Shown here one piece after another: positions 10,657 to 19,701 of a stretch of 64,000 nucleotides of DNA; position 1 is the stretch's first letter; each line of letters begins with the position of its first letter. Origin of the DNA: an uncultured Spirochaetota bacterium (GTDB lineage: Bacteria; Spirochaetota; Brevinematia; Brevinematales; JAOACQ01); assembly GCA_963835575.1 (NCBI GenBank), contig CAWIGG010000005.1:352001-416000 (forward strand), in the 5' to 3' direction. The notes beneath the pieces were generated by a model, which was given only the letters and a program-made list of their open reading frames with translations, was not told where the DNA came from and searched no databases. Both the position numbers and the translations under genes were made by a program.

Positions 10657-11487
10657 TTAATATCTATATTTATCAAATATTTCTTTTACTATTTTACCAC
10701 CGATTTCATTACTTGAAGCAAAATATAAGTAATAAACGATTGCATCTTTAGAATTTTTCATAGGAATTGGTTCAGGAACATATTTAAATCCTGCAACAGT
10801 TTTTAATCTATCTTTAAAGAACCCTGCTATTGTTTCATTATCGGTTTTTTTCTTGTCATTACCAAATAATGTTTCATCATCATAGTATGCGGCATCCTTC
10901 CAGCTTTCATCACCCCAGAATCTATTCATTCTATCTAAATTATGTTGTGATACTTCACTATAATTTTTCCAAAATACATTTCTATTCATATCAGCAACCG
11001 GAAAATTTAAGAATATCTCAATCGCTTTTGATTTTCCGGCTTTTTCAATAACTTTCCAATCCAAATCAAGTCCATAAGGGTCAAGCAAGCATAATGCTCT
11101 TTGATAATTTTCATATGTTATATCTGGAAATATTTCGGATAATAATACTTTATTGCAATCATTATTATGATAGGAAACATCTTTTCTTTCACCTATCATT
11201 TGTTTAAGAAAATCTAATTTTGAAGAATCCAAATCAATAAAATGATATTCGGAAAAAGGTGGTTTTGTATTAATAGCATTAAAAGGACTTCCAGAAATTA
11301 ATCTCTCTTCATATTTTGAAAGGTGTAGGCCTGCGCCACAAAAAGCATCTATATATATGTATTTTCTGATAAATCTTTGCCGATTTAAAATTGCAGAATA
11401 AGCACCAAGATATTTATTTATAATTTCTAGTTTAATTTCTGACCAATCTCCAATTTCATCAAATTTTAGTTTCTCGTGTTTATTCAT
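10657..11487 (-). CDS. Three-Cys-motif partner protein (TcmP/GMT-wHTH-type methyltransferase fold)
   Basis: WSEIKLEII..Y, YIDAFCGAG, GSP, LLDPYG, YYLYFAS; directly upstream of the radical SAM gene. Confidence 0.85.
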   Translation of the reverse strand: MNKHEKLKFDEIGDWSEIKLEIINKYLGAYSAILNRQRFIRKYIYIDAFCGAGLHLSKYEERLISGSPFNAINTKPPFSEYHFIDLDSSKLDFLKQMIGERKDVSYHNNDCNKVLLSEIFPDITYENYQRALCLLDPYGLDLDWKVIEKAGKSKAIEIFLNFPVADMNRNVFWKNYSEVSQHNLDRMNRFWGDESWKDAAYYDDETLFGNDKKKTDNETIAGFFKDRLKTVAGFKYVPEPIPMKNSKDAIVYYLYFASSNEIGGKIVKEIFDKYRY

Positions 11488-11504
11488 TATGAAATACCTC
11501 ACTT

Positions 11505-11600
11505 TGTGTTGTGTTTCTGCGGTATACCTGCGGCAGGACGAACCTGAGGAACGAAGCTGTTGTTAGTATGAGTATCGCAGTTTTTTAACCGTTATAAGGC
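11505..11600 (-). other. Degenerate attC-like site
   Basis: Intergenic GC-rich segment with ...TAAC shortly after the stop codon; cggcaggacgaacctgagga is shared with ~9030-9050. Confidence 0.5.
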
Positions 11601-11614
11601 ACAGCTTTTGGCAC

Positions 11615-12097
11615 TTATTCTTCTTCAAAGTCTTTTTCAGTTTCAATGAAATCAAGATCGTCAAGAACATTTAGAATCGTTACATTCTGAAAACAATTTG
11701 AAGGGTCAAGCTGCCGTTCTATCGCTTCTTTGGTACTTCGCGAGAGCACGACAAAATATCTTTCCATTTGTCCAGTCTCGTTGGACAAACGTTGAAAGTC
11801 TTTTTTGATTGCTATCTTTTGTGGACCACGTAGATTACCTTTGCTCGATGTAAGAGTTGTTTTTACTTCTGCAATAAGCATGAGATTATCATTGTCATCA
11901 TATGCTTTTATATCGATGCCTGCTGCTCCGGCGTTAGTATAGTGAAAAATAAATTTAGGGAATATCAATTTAAGTTTCTCGATTGCGATAAGAGCAAGTT
12001 TGTCATGAATTCGATTATTGAGGCTACCAATGGATTGTTTCAGTCTGAGCAAGAAATCAACCTCATCAATATAAAGCTGTAATAATTGTCCATTCAT
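11615..12097 (-). CDS. Hypothetical protein, PD-(D/E)XK nuclease-like
   Basis: GIDI...IAEVK spacing resembles a restriction-endonuclease-fold active site. Confidence 0.6.
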   Translation of the reverse strand: MNGQLLQLYIDEVDFLLRLKQSIGSLNNRIHDKLALIAIEKLKLIFPKFIFHYTNAGAAGIDIKAYDDNDNLMLIAEVKTTLTSSKGNLRGPQKIAIKKDFQRLSNETGQMERYFVVLSRSTKEAIERQLDPSNCFQNVTILNVLDDLDFIETEKDFEEE

Positions 12098-12153
12098 CTA
12101 TTCTTACCTCCAAATTTAGCACTTAATGTTCCAGGTATAGGCGACGTTTTTTA

Positions 12154-12606
12154 CTAAAAATCATTAGTAATTGTAAATATAGATGCCACACCAATATTTG
12201 CTGTGGCTTTAGATATCGAATATTTTTTTGATATTTCATTATCAAGATGTACCATATTTCTAAATTCTCTTATTGAATCAGATAATTTATGAATGACTCC
12301 TTTTAATAATCCTTTTTCCTCACACTTTTTTATATATTCATTAAATGATTTTCCTATAGAACCGATATTTTTGCTTCTTAAATATTGTTTTAATAACTCT
12401 TCGATTACTCCACCAGAAATTATTACAGCTGGTTTTGATAAACCAACTTTTTTCATATAATATGCATGTGAAATATCTCTGAATATAACACTTCTTAGAA
12501 ACTTATCTTTGATAAAAGCTATTTTCTTACCGAAAATCTTTTTTGTTACACCTAATTCCTTTTCAATTTCTATCCATATTTTCTTCTCATCCAATTCTAA
12601 AGCCAT
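12154..12606 (-). CDS. Hypothetical protein with HEPN-like motif
   Basis: AVIISGGVIEELL helix and REFRNMVH (R...H) motif; AT-rich. Confidence 0.6.
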   Translation of the reverse strand: MALELDEKKIWIEIEKELGVTKKIFGKKIAFIKDKFLRSVIFRDISHAYYMKKVGLSKPAVIISGGVIEELLKQYLRSKNIGSIGKSFNEYIKKCEEKGLLKGVIHKLSDSIREFRNMVHLDNEISKKYSISKATANIGVASIFTITNDF

Positions 12607-12646
12607 AAAATCCCCCTATAATTACATTTTCACCACAAAATATTAC

Positions 12647-12718
12647 ATCTAACGGTACATATAGACAAAGTTTACCGGTCGCGTGAGCGATTGGCACATC
12701 TTTTTGCCGCCGTTGACA
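12647..12718 (-). other. attC-like site (short or degenerate)
   Basis: Minus strand ..GTCAAC ... GTTAGAT (GTTRRRY) between two AT-rich co-oriented genes. Confidence 0.5.
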
Positions 12719-14186
12719 TGGGTTTTATTAAACCATATAATGTCTTAATACCACTTACAAACCAGCAATTCATTTTATCTTTTTTAACAAAATTTCTCCA
12801 AGGATAAAATTGGCAATTTGAAGATTCTTTTATTCGCGGTTCTGCACTACAGCAAGTAAAAAATGGACACATTGATTTTACTGAATCTAAATCATTTTCA
12901 ATTACCATTTCGAGTTCTTCAGTTGTTTTAAAGCCTTTTTCACACAAATGGCTTGTAACAAAATATTGTTGGCAATTCAAAATCCCTAAAGCGGCACTTC
13001 TTTTATAATCTGAAGTCAATGATTTTGTAGCAAGATCAAATGTAAAATATAAATCTTTTTTTAACTTACTAGGATTTTTATTTTTTATTTCTTGAATAAT
13101 ATCACAAGATATAACAATATTAAACAACGCCTCTAAAATGTTCAAATCCAATTTATCATATTTAATAAAATCAAGATCAAATAAAGGGTTTTCAATTCGT
13201 TTGTTAAAGAGAAATTTAATTAAACTTAGAATTTGAGTCATTGCTTCTTCAATAGCACCTCTTTCTTTATGAATATTAGCTAGATCATCAATATCTTGAT
13301 ACACTAAATCAGCAATTTTTTTAAAAGGCTCTGTAATCTTTTGGGATAATAATTGAAGAGATTTTTCTACACTATAGAATAGATTATTTCTGTAATGTCG
13401 ATAAGTTTCAAAGAAATCAATGAGAGAATAAGGTGAATCATTAGACATTAAAGAAAGGGTTGCTAAGCATGATAATTCGTATTTTGTTAGAATATAATTA
13501 AAATAGTGTAAAGACAGTTTTTCTAAAATTAAATAAATAATATAATCAGGATTATATACTGATTCTTTTCCTTTTTTGTCAAAAAATGAATCGATTATAT
13601 TTGCCAAACTCTCTTCAATTGCGGTTGAGCCAAGTGTTATTTTAGAATTTAATTTCTTATTATCATTTGTCAAAATTTTTAAGGATAAGACAATTTTAGA
13701 TATTTCTATTTTCCTCGAATCTAAGTAAACATCATTATAAAACGTAGAAATAATTTCAGTAATAAAAAAATCTTTGATTTTGATATCAGAATTAATTAAA
13801 TCTTCAGGAATTGAATCACCGGAATATATTTCTTTTAATCTCATAAGATCTAGCAACTTTTTTTTATCATTTTTTGATAATTCCTTGTTCCCCGATGATT
13901 TTCCGTTCTGAGTATTAATTAAAGTGTGACTAAAAAGCGCAGAAATATTTCTTATTAGATGAATATCTCTTAATCTTGTAAATGTAGATAAATTAATAAA
14001 ATAATGCCAGTATTCATGCATGAACACAAAGTAATAATCCTCATTAATTTTAATATTTTGTGCTTCAAAGTCATTCATATCACATTCGTCAACATACAGA
14101 TACTTATAATTTTCATTGATTCTTATCAAAAAAGAATCTGAGTAATACAAACCCGAATAATTGCTATTATTTTTAACAAAAGGCAT
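12672..14186 (-). CDS. Hypothetical protein with HExxH metallopeptidase-like motif and Cys-rich C-terminus
   Basis: FMHEYWH; CPFFTCC...C...CW; very AT-rich. Confidence 0.7.
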   Translation of the reverse strand: MPFVKNNSNYSGLYYSDSFLIRINENYKYLYVDECDMNDFEAQNIKINEDYYFVFMHEYWHYFINLSTFTRLRDIHLIRNISALFSHTLINTQNGKSSGNKELSKNDKKKLLDLMRLKEIYSGDSIPEDLINSDIKIKDFFITEIISTFYNDVYLDSRKIEISKIVLSLKILTNDNKKLNSKITLGSTAIEESLANIIDSFFDKKGKESVYNPDYIIYLILEKLSLHYFNYILTKYELSCLATLSLMSNDSPYSLIDFFETYRHYRNNLFYSVEKSLQLLSQKITEPFKKIADLVYQDIDDLANIHKERGAIEEAMTQILSLIKFLFNKRIENPLFDLDFIKYDKLDLNILEALFNIVISCDIIQEIKNKNPSKLKKDLYFTFDLATKSLTSDYKRSAALGILNCQQYFVTSHLCEKGFKTTEELEMVIENDLDSVKSMCPFFTCCSAEPRIKESSNCQFYPWRNFVKKDKMNCWFVSGIKTLYGLIKPMSTAAKRCANRSRDR

Positions 14187-14218
14187 TATATCCCCCTGTT
14201 ATGTTTAGTGTCAATGGC

Positions 14219-14633
14219 GACTAACTTGTTATAATTTCATGAATTCTTATACCACTTCGTAATCTTCGTTCTCTTCGTGCCGGAGCCTGTCCTGAGCAGC
14301 ACGAAGGATGTTTAAATTTATAGATTCGTTAAAATAATAGATATGTTTTAAAATTGAAAAAGCCTTGTTTAATATACCGCGGCCCGGCCTGTTGCATAGA
14401 CAAGCCTGTAAGACGTGTGTGATTGGAAGCCCCGCCATAAATACCCCCTTATCGCGGCCGCCCCTGTTCCCCTTAAATACAAATCCCGGCGTAATTATAC
14501 ACCCGCCTGTAAATAAATTCAATAGGAAATAGGTTTGCCGCGGAGGCACAGAGATCACAGAGATATTACAAAACAAAGAAAAGTTTTATTTTATAAAGGC
14601 ATTAAGGCAGCTCTGGACATTTCGATAGTGCGG
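14219..14633 (-). repeat. Leader repeat L copy 1, ending in an attI-like core (ataacaaGTTAGTC)
   Basis: Homologous to 16632-17015 and 22525-22805. Confidence 0.8.
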
Positions 14634-14667
14634 CCCCTCGATACAAGGTGATGGGCGGCGGACTATA

Positions 14668-15225
14668 TTACCACTTTTTCTTATCAATTTCCTTGTCATA
14701 AATTTTCAAAATTTGTTTATTTCTTAATTTTAAATCTTCTATGTTTTTGTCATAGGTATTATAGACATTATAACCTGTAATTTGATTATTATTATTTTTA
14801 TCAATTAATGGATAAAATGAATACCAAATTTCTTGAGAAAAACTAAATCTAATAAAAGGTAGGATTGAAAGATATTTTCCTTTAAATCTCACTCTTGCAA
14901 AAAAAGGAGTTTGTAAAGGTTGAAATGAAAAATAAAATTCAGAATCATTACTGATAGAAAAGTAAAATTTATTTTCAACTTTACTGAGTAACACTTCATT
15001 TAAATTAACATCAAAAATATTCAATATTAAAGTTAAATCGTGAATTACTTTTTCTGAACTATTTTTCCACACTAAAGTAAAATGTGTTACATTAGCAAAG
15101 GGAGTATAATAATGATTGAAAGGCATTAAATTTGGTTTATCTTTTTTACTAAATAATAAAGCAATAATTGCAATAAAAAAAGAAAGAGAAGAAATTACTA
15201 CACTTATTATTTCATATTCAGTCAT
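14668..15225 (-). CDS. Hypothetical protein with N-terminal transmembrane helix (cassette gene)
   Basis: AT-rich ORF with AGGAG RBS just after the GTTAGCT core. Confidence 0.75.
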   Translation of the reverse strand: MTEYEIISVVISSLSFFIAIIALLFSKKDKPNLMPFNHYYTPFANVTHFTLVWKNSSEKVIHDLTLILNIFDVNLNEVLLSKVENKFYFSISNDSEFYFSFQPLQTPFFARVRFKGKYLSILPFIRFSFSQEIWYSFYPLIDKNNNNQITGYNVYNTYDKNIEDLKLRNKQILKIYDKEIDKKKW

Positions 15226-15269
15226 TTCATACTCCTACAAAATTATTAATAAAGTGTCCGCCAGCTTTC

Positions 15270-15427
15270 AGCTAACGGTCGGCGTAGGCGAAGTGTGCGA
15301 GCCTTAGAACTTCGCTCCTGGGCGAGCCCATTTGCCGAGCCCTATTTTGTATTTCTCCGTTTTACCCACCGCCGGCTGTAGCAACTGAGCGGAGGCTGAG
15401 GAGCGGAACGTCTATGCCTTGTTAAAC
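15270..15427 (-). other. Integron attC-like recombination site
   Basis: Minus strand GTTTAAC (R'') ... GTTAGCT (R'-like), with arms ggcatagacg/cgcctacgcc. R'' is the exact reverse complement of GTTAAAC at the cassette start (16632-16638). Confidence 0.8.
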
Positions 15428-15454
15428 CAAGTAACGACAAACTGTTTTAGCAAT

Positions 15455-15940
15455 TTACTTTATAGAATTATTAATTCTTTCGATTAAATGATCGGCAAGT
15501 ATTAATAATTGGAAAGCTCTAAAACGAGTATCTTCCCAATCATTTTCATGTGCTCTTGGATTTCTTATACCTGTCATACATCCAGAAAATATTTCCATGT
15601 AACCAAGCTGTTCATCTAATTCCGAATTACTAGATAACGAATTAATTTTTAATATTGGATTCTTAGCACTAAAAACCTGTTTCATAAGACTAGAACCATC
15701 ATTAGTTATTTGAGATTTATGTTTAACTATATTATTGAGCAATTTATAAGCCTCTTCAACAGCTCTTGCATGATGACCATCATTATACAATTTTTCCACT
15801 GTCTTTAATAATTTTGCATCTTTTAAATAATTTCTTAAATCATAATCAGAAATAACTACTTTCTTTTTTTGTAAGCCGGATAATTCTTGTATTGTGTTAT
15901 TTAATTCTTGAATTTTAAAAAATGTGTTTTTTAAAGACAT
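15455..15940 (-). CDS. TIGR02391 family protein (HEPN-like)
   Basis: AVEEAYK, DGSSLMKQVFS, EQLGYMEIFSG, IRNPRAH. Confidence 0.85.
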   Translation of the reverse strand: MSLKNTFFKIQELNNTIQELSGLQKKKVVISDYDLRNYLKDAKLLKTVEKLYNDGHHARAVEEAYKLLNNIVKHKSQITNDGSSLMKQVFSAKNPILKINSLSSNSELDEQLGYMEIFSGCMTGIRNPRAHENDWEDTRFRAFQLLILADHLIERINNSIK

Positions 15941-15942
15941 TA

Positions 15943-16590
15943 TTATTTCCTATATAAATATTTAGCAACATTAGCAAAAATTGATTCAATCTGATCTGCA
16001 TTCGCTTCTGGAGAAATATGAATTTGTAAGTTTATGTGAATGTTTGGGATTTCATCAACTTTTTGAATAGATTTATTACTTACTGTTTCTTGAGTTTGAG
16101 ATTTTTTTTGTTGTGGTTTTGTATTTGGTTTTACTATTTTCTGAGCCTTTTTAATATTGTTATCATCCAAATTAATTTTAGCTTCTTGAAGTAATATATA
16201 CATTGAAGCACATTGACCTGCTGCAACTTCTCCTAATGAAGTAGTATTTTTAAACCATTCCTTTATAGAGTTTTTATTTAAATTTGAACCAGAATACAAC
16301 TCTATAAGTTCAGAAGGATATACTTCTTTAATTATTTCTTTACAAGTTTCACTATACTTAGTATCACTACGCCAATTAGTTGCACGAGGAGTGGGTTTTC
16401 CTTCATCATCAATTAAACCAATTTGTTTTAAGGGTGATAATAAGTTACTTGCGGCCACATCAGTTGTTAAATTTAATAAAGATTTGAGATAACTGGTTGT
16501 TACTGATGTTGGTAAAGTTTTATGAAATTGATTTCTTAATGTCCACCAGTTGCTTTCAGGGATTCTAGGGAATGTTTGTTTTTCTACCAT
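15943..16590 (-). CDS. DUF5343-like protein
   Basis: LKQIGLIDDEGKPT and C-terminal HINLQIHISP...IESIF. Confidence 0.75.
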   Translation of the reverse strand: MVEKQTFPRIPESNWWTLRNQFHKTLPTSVTTSYLKSLLNLTTDVAASNLLSPLKQIGLIDDEGKPTPRATNWRSDTKYSETCKEIIKEVYPSELIELYSGSNLNKNSIKEWFKNTTSLGEVAAGQCASMYILLQEAKINLDDNNIKKAQKIVKPNTKPQQKKSQTQETVSNKSIQKVDEIPNIHINLQIHISPEANADQIESIFANVAKYLYRK

Positions 16591-16631
16591 AAAAAACCTC
16601 CATAAAATTAATTAGCGTTTGCCGTTATTGC

Positions 16632-17015
16632 GTTTAACTTTTCATAAGTGCAAACTTGGTGTTCTTCGAACTCTTCGTGTCTTTGTGTTGAAATTTATAG
16701 ATTCGTTTATTTCAAAGATATGCTTTAAAATTGAAAAAGCCTTGTTCAAAAAATCGCCGCGGTCCGGCCGGTCGAATGAACAATCCCGAAAGACGTGTGT
16801 GATTGGAAGCCCCGCCATAATTACCCCCTTATCGCGGCCGCCCCTGTTCCCCTTAATTTACAAATCCCGGCGTAATTATATTACTTTTCATAAATTAAAT
16901 CAATAGGAAGAAAGTTTGCCACGGAGGCACAGAGAACACAGAGATATTATAAACAGTTTAAGGTCTTTAATTTTTAAAAGCATTATGGAAACTCCGGACA
17001 TTTCGATAGTGCGGC
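16632..17015 (-). repeat. Leader repeat L copy 2, ending in a GTTAAAC core
   Basis: Homologous to 14219-14633; continues into a module shared with 22880-23000. Confidence 0.8.
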
Positions 17016-17217
17016 AAAGCAGGGAGCGGTAGACTCAATGTCCGTTTTTTTACCAGGCTTGCCGGCAGGGCAGATAGTTTTTATTTATGGACTGCACTTA
17101 TCGGCGCCGACAGATTGCTTCGCGCTGTAATCAGTGCCGGAGTACCAAGCCGGACGCTCGCAAAGACGGCTTTTTTATTGAATTTTCTTTTTATTATTTA
17201 TTTTTTTCTTCATTACC

Positions 17218-17385
17218 GTCCCCCGGCGGGGGCAGAGAATTCACTTTTCCGGATGCGGCACTTCCTTAATATGGAATTAAAACACTGAGCATCGCGCAGA
17301 GGGCGTAGTTTTACCCGCGACAGGCCGGCTTCAACGCCCGGAATGTTTGAGCGCGCCCATTGTCGTCAAATCAAGAATCAAGTCT
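17218..17385. repeat. Truncated left arm of hairpin family H1
   Basis: Nearly identical to 19041-19230. Confidence 0.8.
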
Positions 17386-17495
17386 ATTATCGAGGTCTTT
17401 TTCTCTCAGCTTTAGACACATCATCCTTTCTCCATAAAAAGCTCTCAGTTTCAAAAGGGTCCGTTTATGATTAATTTTTATTTATTCTTCATTCC

Positions 17496-17730
17496 GTCCC
17501 CCGGCGTGCCAATGAACCGTCAATTCATATCGATCGGCGGGGGAGTTCTCTCCAGGCAAGCGAGGCAGGACGCCGAGCGCCCCGCGGAATACCCAACAGG
17601 ATGTTTGTTGGAGCGGGTGCCTGGAGAGAACTCCACCGCCGTATCATTAATATAATAAAGTATGTTTATTAATAATAATCTGTCCGCCGGGGGACAATCT
17701 GTAGTGCGGCACAGCGCAGCTGTGCCCCCT
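17496..17730. repeat. Short H1-type hairpin plus a flanking GTAG-type REP palindrome
   Basis: gtcccccggcg...cgccgggggac termini; internal stem gagttctctccaggca/tgcctggagagaactc; followed by gtagtgcggcacagcgcagctgtgcc. Confidence 0.75.
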
Positions 17731-17761
17731 ATCCAATCGGGGGGATGTAAACACCTTGATA

Positions 17762-18148
17762 TCAGGTTTTTATCTTTTTTGAAACAAACTGCTTGATATT
17801 GTTCGCTAATTCAGAAGCTTTAATTGCTTCTTCAAAGCTTGGTGTATAAAAATCGTCGGGATAACGGACGGAGACTGCGTAGTCCGTCAGATTACCAATA
17901 TCCAGTTTTTCAAAATCTTTATCGTTGTCTGCGCAAACGGCAAGCAGATACTCAAGATCGTGAGATTTCGGGAGATCGATACTTTTTGTCAGCAGGTAGG
18001 CTTTCATATATTTTTCGGCGGCCTGCTGAGCGTGAAAACAAATAGCCCCGGTTGCTCTTTCTTCTGCCGGCTGGTTTAATTCATGCCGTACAACTTTTAA
18101 ATCCTCATCGGCTTTTTTTATCCAGTTTTTGATTACTTCTTCATTCAC
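17762..18148 (-). CDS. HEPN domain protein (toxin)
   Basis: CFHAQQAAEKYMKA, SHDLEYL, RYPD. Confidence 0.9.
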   Translation of the reverse strand: MNEEVIKNWIKKADEDLKVVRHELNQPAEERATGAICFHAQQAAEKYMKAYLLTKSIDLPKSHDLEYLLAVCADNDKDFEKLDIGNLTDYAVSVRYPDDFYTPSFEEAIKASELANNIKQFVSKKIKT

Positions 18149-18489
18149 AGTAAAACACCTTCTTTCAATGCCTGATATGTCACAGTTCCCATTGATTTTT
18201 TATATTTTCCCATTTCTTTTCTGGAATGGATAATAATATCTGTCCCAATCGCCGGTATTCGATTCTCAATATAAAACCGGGCCAGCCTTTCCCGTATTTT
18301 TTTCATTAACCGAAGGCCCAAATTTCTGTCCAGATCATTCTTTGTGATCAGCAATAAGTCGTAATCACCCTGATTATCTGTTTTTCCGGTTGCTTTTGAG
18401 CCGAAGAGATAGATTTTATCTACCGGAGAATTATACTCAAACATGGTTGAAATCACTATATTTTTGATCTGTTTTAAATTTTTATCCAT
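18145..18489 (-). CDS. Minimal nucleotidyltransferase (MNT antitoxin)
   Basis: LFGSKATG...DYDLL; 4-bp overlap with the HEPN gene. Confidence 0.88.
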   Translation of the reverse strand: MDKNLKQIKNIVISTMFEYNSPVDKIYLFGSKATGKTDNQGDYDLLLITKNDLDRNLGLRLMKKIRERLARFYIENRIPAIGTDIIIHSRKEMGKYKKSMGTVTYQALKEGVLL

Positions 18490-18674
18490 AATCAGCTCCG
18501 GAATTATTATAATCTATAATTTATTTATCTGACAAGAAAAAGAGTGGAAAGAAATTAATTTTTGTTTTAGATGATATGATTAAATTTATCAAAATGAGCC
18601 AAACTAACCAAAAGAACTCAATGTAAATTTAATAGACATGCCGGAAATAAAGTGGAAGCAGTTTATCATAATAT

Positions 18675-18848
18675 ATTAAGGGCAGTTCTAAAAACTCACA
18701 TTTTTAGAACTGCCGACATTGTTTTGATTCATGCAACTGCTAAGTTTGCTTTGCAAACTCCACGCAGTAGCGTCATTTACATTAACCAAAAAGCTTTTAT
18801 TATCGGGGCAGTTCCTAAAAACTTAAGGTTTTTGGAACTGCCCTTAAT
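18675..18848. repeat. REP doublet (ggcagttc..aaaa...tttt..gaactgcc twice)
   Basis: Two palindromes with outer IR attaagggcagttc/gaactgcccttaat. Confidence 0.8.
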
Positions 18849-19040
18849 CATTATCCCGTATATTTATAGATAGGATCGAGAGCGAGGGGGATTCGACTTT
18901 TGCCTAATGCTTTGCGCAGGATAGCCCTCTCGATACGCTTCGCTACTCGGGGACCGGCAGGAAGCGGTAAACACTTCGACAGGCTCAGTACATCGCTCAA
19001 TGTCCGTTTTTTATTTTAATATTTTTTTCTCTTTATCATC

Positions 19041-19419
19041 GTCCCCCGGCGGGGGCAGAGAATTCACTTTTCCGGACGCGGCACTTCTATAATTTTAGTA
19101 TTGAAGTTCTGAGCATCGCGCAGAGGGCGTAGTTTTGCCCGCTGCCTGCACTGAGCCTGCCGAAGGGACAGGCCGGCTTCAACGCCCGGAATGTTTGAGC
19201 GCGCCCATTGTCGGTAAATCAGGTATCAAGACAGATTTATTGACGAATCTTTTATAAAACACTTACAATGGGCGTGCGAGTTCCGGGCGTGCGGCCTGGA
19301 ACGGCTGCAAAACGAGCCCTTGAAGCGAATGCGCGTTTTTGTCTTATAAAAAAGATTCGTCATTTAATATCAGCGTCCAGAAAAAGTGAATTCTCTGCCG
19401 TTGCCTTCCGCCGGGGGAC
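19041..19419. repeat. Long hairpin element, family H1
   Basis: gtcccccggcgg-ggcagagaattcactttt ... aaaagtgaattctctgcc-ccgccgggggac. Confidence 0.85.
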
Positions 19420-19701
19420 AATCTGTAGTGCGGCAAAGCAGGGAGCGGTAGACTCAATGTCCGTTTCAGTCAGCGGTTGCAGGCTAAGTTAAAAATTACC
19501 AGGAAAATTGGTTAAAATAAGTTAAGAGTAATAATCAAAAAAGATGTTAAACAAATTATCCGTTCCCGAGGCCATTTTCCATTAACCATAATCGGCAGAT
19601 TAAATATCTCAATATCAAGTTGTGTCATCCGCTATATAATAGAAGAGAGGAAGCACATACTTTTGACACGGATGTCAAAACCGCCGCATAAAGCCAGGGA
19701 C

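Noticed and set aside
14247..14576. ORFs 14247..14576, 16619..16906 and 22552..22845 as a protein family
   Set aside because: They lie in repeat L, and the reading frame, start and strand are not conserved among the copies.
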